Assembly: GCF_964355755.1 (NCBI RefSeq) | Contig: NC_092680.1 | Location: 2,542,001 to 2,606,000, forward strand | DNA from: Antedon mediterranea | Taxonomy: Eukaryota; Animalia; Echinodermata | Reading direction: 5' to 3' | DNA: 64,000 nt | Shown here: positions 11,173-23,398 of the stretch, one piece after another | Layout: each line of letters starts with the position of its first letter | Numbering within the stretch: the first letter of the stretch is position 1 | Notes under the pieces: generated by a model | What the model was told of the DNA's origin: nothing | The model's input: the letters and a program-made list of their open reading frames with translations, nothing else | Database searches by the model: none | Program-made: the position numbers and the translations under genes

Positions 11173-13075
11173 CTGCTTCTAGAAATGTTATGTATTTAAA
11201 TAAAATATTTATTACTGGAAATTGATGTATAAAGCAATAACTACTAATATATGTTGTAAAACCTGACATTTTGTTAGTAAAATCTGTAAAATTGACTAGG
11301 CTACATTTCTAAGTTTGTATTTTTTTATGCTGTAACCCACTTATAGTTTATGTTGTGTGTAATTCAATTCATTCCGGATTTGACAAAACAAACAATAACA
11401 CGTACATCACACATGCTAGACCCGTGGCACTCCTACACCGAACTCAATCGCTTTCGATGGGACGTCCTCGTACGTGTATATTGTAAATCTTTTTTCTAAA
11501 ATTTAAGGGGATCCTGATGCTTTTGTCTCCTTAATAGCAGTTTTATATATACTAATTTATTAATGAAATTGAGTGTCAACTAAAGCACAACAATTCAGAA
11601 CATATCATGATGTATGCTGGTATGACCATGGAGGAATTTCCTACATAGTATTTATTGCACAGGAAGTCAAACTGTTTATTTCGTTTTAAAGGCCTATTGT
11701 TTGAAGATTACTACCTAATTATGCTAAATAAACATTTTTTTCTTAGAGGAAGTGGTTATTAGCTCATTTCAGCTAAGTGAGCATATAAAATAATTTATTT
11801 GTTGCTACACTTCTTGAATGAAGGTGTGTCCAGAGTAAGTTAAAGAAAAAAAAAATGATTTACCAATAGGCTTATTTACAAGGAAACTTGGAATAAATTA
11901 TATACAAAATATAAAAAAATAACATTAACACAGTAATACAAAAAACTATATTTTAAAGTAGTACATAAATAATGAATTTTAATAATATTTAAATATAATT
12001 CACACACAAAAATTTACATTCAAGATACATGGAATATTTATAGTGGACGGAACTTCATACAGTACTGTACTTTGTGACAGACAAATTTGGCCACAATGAT
12101 GCATTATATTTCATTAAAAAACATAAAGAGACAAAACAAAAACTAAGATAATAGACAGACACTGGAGGATAAAGCTCTGTCTACACTATTAAACTAGTTT
12201 GACCCTCTACTCTCCGGTTCTATAAATAACATCTACTCATTATGTACAGTAACTACACATTAATACAAAAATAAATAAATAAAATTAATATTTGGAATGT
12301 CATTTTGTATTTCATTATATTTGTATTCAAAAGAATAGTTATAAATAATAAATAAAAATAGAATAAATAATTTGTTAACAAATTATTTATTTAAAATAAA
12401 TTGCATAATAAGTAGTATCACAATGCAAGGATAAACTGCATTGTGCGTCAAAATAATTCCTGATATATTTCTTGGAAAATGAATATCTCTACATAATATT
12501 AATAATATATACATACTTACTGTAATATACATTTTTCATAAATTATTTAAAATAAAATAATTGTATTATAAAACAGCTGTATTGTATGAGAAGCCTGACC
12601 TTTTTTATCTCCTCCTAAAACATATGTTCAATACTTATGCTAAAATACCAAACTACTGTATGTAAAGCTCTATCTACCCAGCTGGGATAAGGCATTATAA
12701 CCAAACATTTGTTAGATAGTCCCCCTTTTTATTTATATTTATTTTAGGCAAACCAAGGTTTATGAGCACTGTAATTTCCATTAATATTTTGGACAATAAA
12801 TGAATCTGTATCTGTCTACACTATCAAACTTGTTTGACAAAAAAAGTGTGATGTGCCCAAATATGGTAGTGATATGATGTCATCGTGTTCCTATGGGCAC
12901 ATCACATTTTTTTGTCACATAAAGTTCGATAGTGTAGACAGAGCTTTAGAAATGATTTTCTACAAAGTGTTCAGCCAGCAAATCTTGAACATATTTACAC
13001 ATCACATATTCAGGTCGTATAGAGGTCAAAGATGTCCAATAGATCAACTCTAGTATATACTTCTATATGACTTCT

Positions 13076-16000
13076 TTATGTCAAGACTACCAGCTTTTTT
13101 ACCTTTCCCATTTCTTTACGAACCTCTTCTGCCAGAAGACGGCGTTTACCATCAAGAACACTTTGCATGGTGGCCATTGACTGTTGCAATGTTTTAAATC
13201 CTTCAAAGTTTTCTTTCTGCATCTGTTTTGTTCTTTCTTCCAACGATTGCAGCAGACGTTTGTTGTTATTCCGAAGTTGTGAATTAACGCGCGTTTCCAA
13301 GCTTTGCAAGTTTTGGATTTCCTCTTGTTGCTGGTGTACAACTGTCTCTAAGTTTTCTATTTTGCTTTGTAATTTTAAAATGTGCTCAGATTGCCTTTTA
13401 TCCGACTCTTTCTAAAATACATAAATAAAAATTGTTAATTATGAACTACGTTTAAGGTACAATTATGTAATAGTTTCATCAGATTAAACCATTTTCTCTT
13501 ATAGGGGACCATACAAATGATATAAATAATAGGATAACCAATTATGATAGCGTGAGCCATGCATGATGGGAAGTAATTGGGAGCAATGGCGCCATCACCA
13601 GTATATAAAGTTTTTTATTATACGGTGGCGCTATTGCTCCTAAACCCTTCCCATCATGCATTGTACAATGACGTTCCTCGCGAAATCAAGCTTTTTGCGA
13701 TAAAACTTATTACGGTCATTTTGACACCTCATGTGTGGATACATTGCAAGAATGTCTATGAAGTAGCATAAAACAATATCTATGTACCTGTTGCAATTTT
13801 AATTTGGTGGCAGCATTACCAAGCTCTGTCATCAACACTTCTTTGAGGTGTTGTTGTTCTTGAACACTGACTAATTGATTTGACTGGACAGACTTGTGCA
13901 CTGTTTCTATTAAGGCCCTTGTCTTTGAATCCAGAAGCGATACAGCTTGGTTGGAACCACCTTCGACACTACGTAGCTTAGAGTCTTGCTGTACTTCAAA
14001 CTTCTCAATGCTACTTTGTAGTCTTAGAACCTTCAAAGATAAAAAAGGGCCAAGTTATTTTCTACTTTTCTCACAATGAAAATATAAAGGTTTGCAAATG
14101 TTGTACACATATTTTCTTACATCGCTGTTTTCATAAGAACAAATAAACACTTAAAGCTCTGTCTACACTATCAAACTAGTTTGACAACAAAAGTGTGATG
14201 TGCCCAAATATGCCAGTGATTTACCCAAATATTATAGTGATCATGTCCATATATGGGCACATCAATTTTGTTTGTTGTTTCATAGTGTAGAGCTTAATAC
14301 CTAAATAATCATTATTTAATTGAGTTCTTGGTAGAAACAGGACCAATGATTTATTTAATTATTTAAGTAATGCTGTAATGGTGCTATACTATACTATACG
14401 AACATGAAATATGATCACCATAATCTAATTTGTTTTATGCAGACACACACTAGGTAATGCTAACGTTAGACAATTATTCTTTTAAAAATATGACGATGTT
14501 AAGTAACAGGTATTGTTATTATGTTAAATTCTATGTGTTGTGAATAGACAGGTTAATAATGCAATTTTATACAATACAAAGTACAAAGCATTTAAACAGT
14601 GTGTACTCATAAAAATGGTTTTTAAAATATTTAAATTGTTATCCCATTGCAAATGTTCTTTAAATGTTGTACCCATATTTTGTTACAATCGCTGTTTTTT
14701 ATAAGGAGAAATAAACAAGTTAAGCTCTGTCTACACTATCAAACAAGTGTGATATTATTATTATTATTATTTATTGCCAAAAACCAGATACAAACAAACA
14801 AAAACACAGAAACTAAGGGAGTAGGCAGGAACCTAAAAGTGAACCTAATCACTATAACAAGAGTTCAGGTTCCGTACTCCCAAGTAACAACAATGATATA
14901 TAATAAACTATATAAAAATATTTAAATAACAAATAGACGAATCAACAGTGTCAATAGTGATATACCCAAATAATGTAGTGATATGCTTAAATATGGTAGT
15001 GCTATGACATCATAATATCCATATATGGGCACATCACATTTTTAAATCACATAAAGTTTGATAGTGTAAACAGAGCTTTACACAGTTATATAACTATACC
15101 TTAGTTGAGGTTTCCATAACTGTTTCACTCAGGTTCTTACTAAGATCTTGAACTTGTTTACTTGCATTAGCAATAGACTCATGTAAACCTCGCATTTGAG
15201 TTGACAGTTTGGCAATTGAGGCGTCGCATCTTCCAACCCGTGATCGTAGTTCTGAGATACTGCCAATGTGATGGTACTCAAGGTTTTTAACCGAATGACT
15301 GGCTTGATTGTGGGAGTGATCACGCATCATCATCTGAGATTCTAGAGTCTTGGAAGATAAATAATAAATTATAAAAATATTGTAGGAATAGGCTAAGAAC
15401 CCATGCAGTTTATTCTAGTTTACAAATCCTGTTTAAAGAAGTGTCAAACTAGGCACTCATTAAAAAGAATCATTAAATGAGAGTACGGAATCAAGTCCTT
15501 TAAAACTGTGGCACTACATTGAAATGGTACTACAGTACTGTATATATCCTATGAATAATTGTAGGTTGAGAGTGAGTCTATGAGGCTTGCAGTTGAAAGC
15601 AGGTGTCAAATGCATTGTAATGTAACTGTTCCTAAAATCTGTAAAATAGCCTACGCAATAAAGACAAAATCCCTCTCTAGGGTATGTTGAGTAAAGAAAG
15701 ATGAATGCTTGTATTGTACACAATAAAGACAATGGTGAGTAAAGACAAACAAAAATTGTCTGACTGAGTGACAATCCAACCCAAAATCTCAGAAAACTAA
15801 CTACATTTTTACATATGTGACCATCTAGTCAATAAACAAGTTAATATTTAATTGTATATGAATGCTGCAATAATGTGCATACAGGAGGTTGTTTTTATAA
15901 CTGATCAACCATGACTTGGTTGACACCAATTCTATACTCTTCATTGTGTCCTCAAAATATACCACTGATAATATAAAAATAGCTAAAACAAGAAAATATT

Positions 16001-16342
16001 CTTGTTTTAGCTATTTTTAAAAGAGGGTCAATACAGTATGCGTATGCATACAAAATAAGTTGTATTTACTTCGATATCTCTACTGAGGTTAGTAACTGCC
16101 ATTGTGATCGTCTGTATGTGTTCTTTTAGTAATGCCTTTGCCTCAGCCGCTTTCAGAATATTTCCAGCAGCAGGATTGGCCAGTGTCAGGAGGAAGTCAT
16201 TATTTAACTGTTTAGCTCTGTCAACCAGCACCTGTGATGTACGTTCCCTTTGCAGGATTCTGCTGTCTTTCCCTAGATAGTGGGTGTCACCATCATAACT
16301 GCTGGAGATGTATGGCGCAGGATGGCGCCCTCGAAGACTCAT
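13076..16342 (-). CDS. FAM81-family coiled-coil protein, 4 coding exons
   Basis: Exons 16342-16070 (...LLKEHIQTITMAVTNLSRDIE), 15348-15100 (...ELRSRVGRCDASIAKLS...), 14030-13788 (...VSLLDSKTRALIE...) and 13411-13076. These match recalled FAM81A motifs (LEEHIRNIT...LNRDIE, LRGRVARCDASIARLS, LLDTK). Confidence 0.9.
13559..13661. repeat. Imperfect foldback (MITE remnant) in a FAM81 intron
   Basis: atgcatgatgggaag...ggagcaatggcgcca paired with tggcgctattgctcc...cttcccatcatgcat. Confidence 0.6.
14752..14955 (-). mobile_element. 3' end of a LINE/SINE (stem-loop plus (TAA)n tail) nested in a MITE-A copy
   Basis: Minus strand gggagtacggaacctgaac...gttcac...aggttcctgcctactccc stem-loop, then AATAAA(TAA)n; it splits MITE-A 14723-15077 into two halves. 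Confidence 0.6.
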
Positions 16343-17779
16343 GTCAGCATCGCCCTGTAAAATATATTTTTTTCAAAATCATGACATATAGCAAGCAAAT
16401 AAAATTGGAAAAATTAATGTTAAAAACATGAATCCACCACTGCTAAGAAGCTTGTGTTCAATTTGTTATGTTATTTATTACCATAAATTAAGACTAAAAG
16501 ATCAGTTATTTCACTTCCAACTTTATTTATAAAACGATATTTTACAATGTTATTGTTATGCTTGCAGAATGTTGTAGACAACTCGTGAGTAGGTTAGATG
16601 ATGTATTGAAACAATTGTGAGTAATTTTAAGGGGTGGGTACGAAACTGCATTAGCGTCCATAAAAATATTCATGCTCATTGTAGATTTTAAATAATAGGT
16701 ACGAATCGTCCTAATTATGGGACCAATCGTCCACACATGTCGTTTTTATCGGTTTCGTGTGTGCTACAATAGTATGCTAGGCTAGAAGTCGATGAAGAAC
16801 CTTGAAAAAACTCCATCAATTTCTCGTAAATGTGGGCCTAGGACTAGGTCTTCGTAAAGTAATTGAGACATGTTTTCATAAATTCGTGTAAAAACATTAA
16901 ATTAAGTCGCGTGAGCTCCGCGCAAGTCGTACGTACGTACGTACGTCGTCGTGGCGGCGGCCTGCTCCTGTGTGCGAGACACACAAAATCCACCATGCCA
17001 TGGTACCACACGTCACATCATCAATCAACGACGGCCCAGCCCCAGGAATCGTTCCCCGACCGACATCCCGTAATCATAAGAGATCAATTCCTTCAAAAAA
17101 AACAAACTCCCAAAATTAATAAATACATACTTTGATAATTCCAATTATTGGGGAATCTTTTGCCTAACATTGGTACAAGAAATGAAAAAAGACTGCAACT
17201 TTAGGCCGTGTATTTAACTATGATCACTCGCCAGAAATAAATGTTTATCCGTTGTCACACAAACAGTGCGGTAATGTATAGCGTATTTCGTGTAATGCTT
17301 TTTGTGTATGAGAATATAGTAGTACAGTATGAGCACATCGAATCCTCGACGGATGAGAAGCGAGAGGGAATACCATTGAATCTGCAGTATACAGAATGCA
17401 GCAGGAAATAATTTATTAAAAGCAAAGTCATTTATTCCTTAAAAACTCCTGCAGTTTTTCTAAACTAATTTCAATTAACAACTTATCATTTCTTTGTGTT
17501 AAAAAGAAATGGAAAGACCTGGGTTCCTTCTCTTTCAACCTGCAAAATTACTGATCGTTAAAACGAGTTAAAAATGTAATTGGTTGTTTTTCATTGACCA
17601 ATTAAAAAGGATTTGGGATAAGTTTTAATTATATTAATTGTATAACATTTCAATATATGCCATGAGATCCTTGTAAAGACCATCATTGTGAGGTCATTTC
17701 TGACCATGACGTCCAAATTTAGACCTTTTATTTTTCAGCATTATTTATACGTTTTTCCTATTTGCATAGGAGGGCTTTT

Positions 17780-18340
17780 GCGCGATATTATGCAGGCACT
17801 CAAATTGTGACGTAGTTGAATCCTTTACACATTGACTACAGCTGTTGTCAGAAGCCTTTTATGTGTTTCGCGGCGAGTAAGAAAGAAAGCATCTCTTTAT
17901 ACCCGTCGTATTTCCATATGTTTAACTGGTAACGTTCGAATTGCACAACAAAGGTTAGTTACTTATTTATATTTCACAGAATTGTCTCTTTTATTCTTGT
18001 CTGTAAGTCATGTGAAAGTGGATTATTGTGAAATCTAATGTATTGGTTTTCATTCGCCATCGCGAGAGAGGAAGTTGCAGATTGGCGTGTTTGCGTGCAG
18101 GCTCGGGTCAGTAGACAATGACCCGATGATCAAGTAGGCAGGAATATGTAGATAAGTGACGCACTTAGAAGCCAAGCCCTTGAGCTGAGGCCTCAGTGTG
18201 TGGTGTTAATCGAGAAAGGAAGGAACAAAGGCCTGGCATGCCAAGCTCCTTTTCTCTGTCGCCATTTTGATTACAGAAGGAGTTGTTGCATTCATTTTTC
18301 TGCTTGTCTTGTTGAGTTGTGTCAGAGGAGTTATTAAGGT
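17780..18340 (+). promoter_or_regulatory. Probable promoter and non-coding first exon(s) of the zinc-finger gene, head-to-head with FAM81-like
   Basis: CpG-enriched; GGAAGT (ETS), ATTGG (CCAAT) and CGCCATTTT (YY1, about 18260) motifs; donor-like AAG|GTTAG at about 17953 and 18338. The link to the zinc-finger gene is inferred. Confidence 0.45.
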
Positions 18341-21300
18341 TAGATTTTATTTTATAACAGTGTTTGAATAATTTATATGATAATGATGATTCTTTTTTAT
18401 TTAATTTGCCATTTTCCTAAAAAACATGCACAATTATAAATTATTATCTTTTATTGACACCAATCATGTCAATTCAGAATATTTTATAAAACTGTGGACA
18501 CCGCATGTTATGAAGTAGCATAGAGATTTAGTTAGTTTATAACAAATGTACCAATAAGTTTGGCAGAACTATGAGAAGGATGTTTTAAAACAATTTAAAA
18601 GGAAATTTAAAGAATAATTTATTTTCTATTTTTTAAAATCTTTTTTAACTGAATTATCTAGAACTTTAAATTAAATGGAATTTACCATCCAAGTATAGTA
18701 ATTCGATAGTAAATTCTAATACTGCAGTAATTCTATACCGTACTGCTGTAGTGTACTGGAGGTTTATTATTGTTTTCGTAGCCACGAACACAATGCCACC
18801 AACAGTAAACACACCTTTTAAAAGCATCTCTTTTACGAACTAGCATTCTTTTTATGCTTGTTGGATAAAATATATAACCAACCAATATTAAAGATACTGT
18901 ACAAAAGTAACTTGAAACCGAGATCGAATACAGTAATTAAGATATCTAAACAATTTTTGTCATATGACAATTTTAATATTAAATTTCAAATTAAATTAAA
19001 ATTAGTATTTTCCATCTTAATTAGTAAAAAATTAGTGACAATTTTCTTTAGAAATGGTTTAAAACTTTAGAATTTTTACAAAATTATAAAATGTAATTAA
19101 AAGAATTTTAAAGTATCCTAACCCAGTATGGAAAATGTCCTAGAAATACGACTTTTTAACATAAATTAATCAAAATTTTTAAAAATGCAAAATTTACAAA
19201 ATCGACATCTGAAAACTTTGTTGCGCAACAATTGACAAATGATTTCTTGTTATTATGCAGACTTCAATTCTTAGGAATTTTTATTGTAATTTACCATTCA
19301 AAATGTTTTATTTATTTAAAAAAAAAAAAGGCCTTAAACTGTGTTTAAAATTGACCAAATTGCAGATACAGGTATGTTTCAAAATTGAGTAAATAGATTA
19401 GCTTGATTGTATAGTCAAGGAACACATCAAATTCCATGTAATCCTGCTTGATAACTAACGATAGAAAAATGTTATGAATTTGAATAACGAATGAATAATT
19501 TATAATAAGGCACCAAGCAGTCATTAAAATATTTTTTGAACAAACATACTACAGTATTAAGAATTGTCATTTATACAATACATTAGTTAGTTACTGTACG
19601 TCACTACAAGTATATAACATAGCTCGTTCAATACTGATGAGGACTCAGTGGCTAAATTGCACACAGGTGTCGATGAAACATAATTAAAACAACTTCTCCC
19701 CATATGGTCCCTGTAGAATGGAATTTGTAACAATACGATTTTAACATGTTGCCGTTTTATACTTTTACACTTTTTGTCATTTTTTAGTCCGTTTATGTAT
19801 ATGAATGTATCTTTAAATCGGATTGCTGACAACCGACATTTTTTGGTGTTTTTTTTAAACGAAAACCAGTAAAGTTTCTTGTATATTGTGCCACCAAACG
19901 GCGCTCATTCGTCGGTCAACAATGAGATACACACGATAAACCAGTAGAGAACACTGGGATAAATCCCTATTCTTCCGAATACACTGGGTTCTCTAGTTCA
20001 GGAAAGAGTAAACTGCTAATATTATCACCTGAATCAACAGTTCACTCCAAGACCATATGGGGGAAGGATTTATTTATTGATTAAGGTCAAATGCAGAGGT
20101 CACTTTACATACAGTACTGATTTATCTTTAAAGAATTACCTTAAAAGAATTGATTGATACTACTTTGTTAGTAAAAAAATGACACAATTGATAATACAAC
20201 ATTTAAAATTGATAAGAAAATAGTAAATACTGTACCAAAAAAAACTCATACATTTTTTGTTGTAAATTATAAAAGTAGGGCTGATTATCTAATTTAATAA
20301 TTAAGGACTTTTTGCTTGTTTGCAAGAATAAACAATTACTGATATTGCTATGCCTTCTTAATTGTTATCTTTAATCAGTGGTTGATAACACAGGTTGTTT
20401 ACTATGAAGAATACAGGCTGTTAAGTATCTATATGTATTACTCTCAGGAAATGAGCACATAATAATAGTGTACCGTAGTACAGCAAGCAGGGACAGCACC
20501 CAGAAAAGAGCATTGTTCAAATGTCAAATAAAATGAATTAAAAATATGTTTTGTGTTTTTACTGTAAGCCTGTTTCCGGAGTATGAACAATTAAAAGTTA
20601 TTTGCTGTAGTTTACTGGGTTGCATTTGTGGACACTTGATTTAGTAATGTACTGTTGAAATGGTGAAATCAAGGGAAAGCCAATCTTTGGGCTCTTTTGT
20701 GGGCTAGTGAAAATCACAGTCACCAGCAGGCTCATTTTATCAATTCAAAATATTATAGATACAGTGATTTATGTATTTCCAAGCTATTACAATATGTGTA
20801 TAGTAGGCTATGCAGGGCCATTGCCACCAGTACAGTTGGTAAGGTTTCAACTTGTGTCCTGCACATACAGGGAATCGTTTCTGTTTTTGCGCGACCATGT
20901 GTAGAAAACATTCATACTAGCTATTGAATTTAGATGAAGATGATCCCTATAAGTAATCAACGATCAAACTTCAGAGAACATCCCTTAGTGCTATATCTGA
21001 TGATTCTTTCCTTGGAGATGATTGGAGGGCCTGCAGATCAATTGAAGTCCTTGTCTGCCCTTCGATGAATACAAGCACTATTGTCTACTGAACAGAATTG
21101 GTTTTCCATAATGATAGTTAGAAATGCAGCAAGCATTTGCCAAGCTTGTTAGCAATCTTGAGACTACCTATGCAGTACAATTAACATATTCATTTTATGA
21201 GTGCTACATTACCAAGGTCAGGTATTAGGAGCTGTAATGAAGTGTTTTTCTGGGATTCAGTCTGAATAAAATACTGCACAAACAATACTTCTTTAGGGAT

Positions 21301-22814
21301 TTAATTTCAGAGATGCTCTGATTAGCACCTTAGCTTTTAATTGCTAATTCAATCATTATTTATTAATCCTCAATGTATTTGCCTTCACAATTTAGTGTTC
21401 ACAATTCCTGAATAATTGCTATGTCAATAGTATGTATCAATAGGACTTGTTCCAACATATGGTCTAAATGGATGTAAAACAGCACATGCTATAAATAAAT
21501 AATATTACTACTTTTTCCATGTTAATCTAAAGATCGCAATATATTGTTGAATTGTATACAATTATAGTTGAGTTAGAGAAGGATCGCATTGCATTTAAAA
21601 AAAAAGATTATTCCATTTTATTCCAAGTTAAAGCATCTTTCGTGCATTTCAATTTCCAATTTAGTACAAACATTATCAGTATTTTTAAATCTTTATTTTA
21701 GAGAAGAACTTGATTTCCGTCTAAGATATCGATCTAAATAATTTTTAAAATTGCAATACAGTATCTGGAAACCTGTTAATGACCTTTCTATCAAAGATCT
21801 TCAAAGAGACGACTGTTGAGATGGTCCCTCAGCCTCTCCCATGTCACATGGTCTCTGTCTTCTTGCTGTTGCCGTTCTATTGGTCAATGTATTAGAGATT
21901 TTCATTAACTCTTCTCATTAAAATTCTTCTGCAGGTATACAGTATGTTTCTCTTTTTAATGATTGTTGATCAGAAATGAGAGGTGGATTCAGAATAGAAT
22001 TATTTTTTTACTGGGAATTCTTTGTCCCGTTCGTCTAATTCAAATTAAATTATGTTGTTTTGTATGATTGAACAATTGGTGACTTCTCATGGGGCTTGTT
22101 GCTATACCTGTATATGATTAGATCTTAAATAATGTAATTCATGCACCATACAATATTTATTTTAAAACCATAACAATGCTATTTCTTTAATTTTATTTAT
22201 TTCAATGCTATTTATGTTACAGTGCATGAAATAAAATAGGAAAACAGTAAAGATAAGAAAATGAACAGTCACCAAAATAACAAGACTTTTGAAATCTGCA
22301 GTACCAGTATACTGAATAGCTTTCTAATAGTTTTTTAATTATCTCAAGATGTGTTAACTTACTGGTACTGGTCCAAAGTTCTGTCTACACTATCAAAACC
22401 TTATGTGACAAAAAATATGATGTGGCCATATATGGACATGATGATGTCATATTACCACCATATTTGGGCATATCACCACCATATTTGGGCACATCACACT
22501 TTTTTTATAATATAGTTTGATAGACAGAACTTAACATTCTATCTATTCCTTTTTGATAGAAGCAGATCTTTTCATTTTTGTCTTTTGTAATCTGATCTTA
22601 ATAATAGTTTGCTAATAAAAAATGCTGCATGGTTTCAAAACAAATATAAATTTCCTAATTAACTGACTGCCATTCAGCAGATCTGTTCTTCATGACCTTT
22701 GTGCCTGTAGAACTTGTTAGAGAAATCTTTTTTAAGACGGTCCCTTCCCCTTGTCACACACACCAGCAATAAGCAATCACTGTTGATCGCTACCTATTGG
22801 CTGGTATATTTTAA

Positions 22815-23290
22815 AGGACAACTGTACCGAGGACCATATTTTAAAAACGTATTAGGGGTATACATATGATTTCAGAACCATCGCGAAATCGAGGATATCG
22901 CCGCACGCGCTCGCCGTACAGCCGTCGCCGTAAATTGCTGTGACGTCACAGGTGCATCGCATAATCTACTTAATGAGTTTTCGCTGTTGTTACCATACAA
23001 TAGATAGGTACCGTCACTTCAATTGCTTATTTAACCTTTTAAATTACTTAAATTTGCCAAAATGTTTTCCTGGTATTTTGAAGAAACACTTCAATATCCA
23101 GATAGACAAAACAAACAATAAAACAATTCAACTTTTATAATTTTTACGATTTATTTAAAAAGTGTGTTTACTAGAAATGTTCGCGCTTTGCGAGACTTGT
23201 CTATGGGACCCGAAGAGTAGCTAGTAGAAACATGACGTATGACGTTCTGGAATCATTCAACCATATCGGACTCAAAACTTTTTCTCTGCT
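22815..23290 (+). repeat. Left TIR (476 bp) of the Kolobok element
   Basis: Reverse complement of 28677-29152; the only mismatch I found is 23140 vs 28827. Confidence 0.95.
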
Positions 23291-23398
23291 AGCTAGCGAT
23301 TTTTGGGCCGTGTGCGAGCTTCCTCCTCCTCCTCTCGTGTGTGTGACGGTGGTGTGATCAACATTGTGTAGAGTAGTAGTAGAGAGAGGGAACTGAAA

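Noticed and set aside
20600-21260. GC-richer block with short ORFs upstream of the Kolobok
   Set aside because: No recognisable protein or RNA motif. It could be a conserved enhancer or UTR exon, but I cannot support that from the sequence.
22940-23140. Near-identical short ORFs at 22940-23140(+) and 28809-29027(-)
   Set aside because: They are the two TIR copies; GTG start, no motif, and the single TIR mismatch changes the stop.
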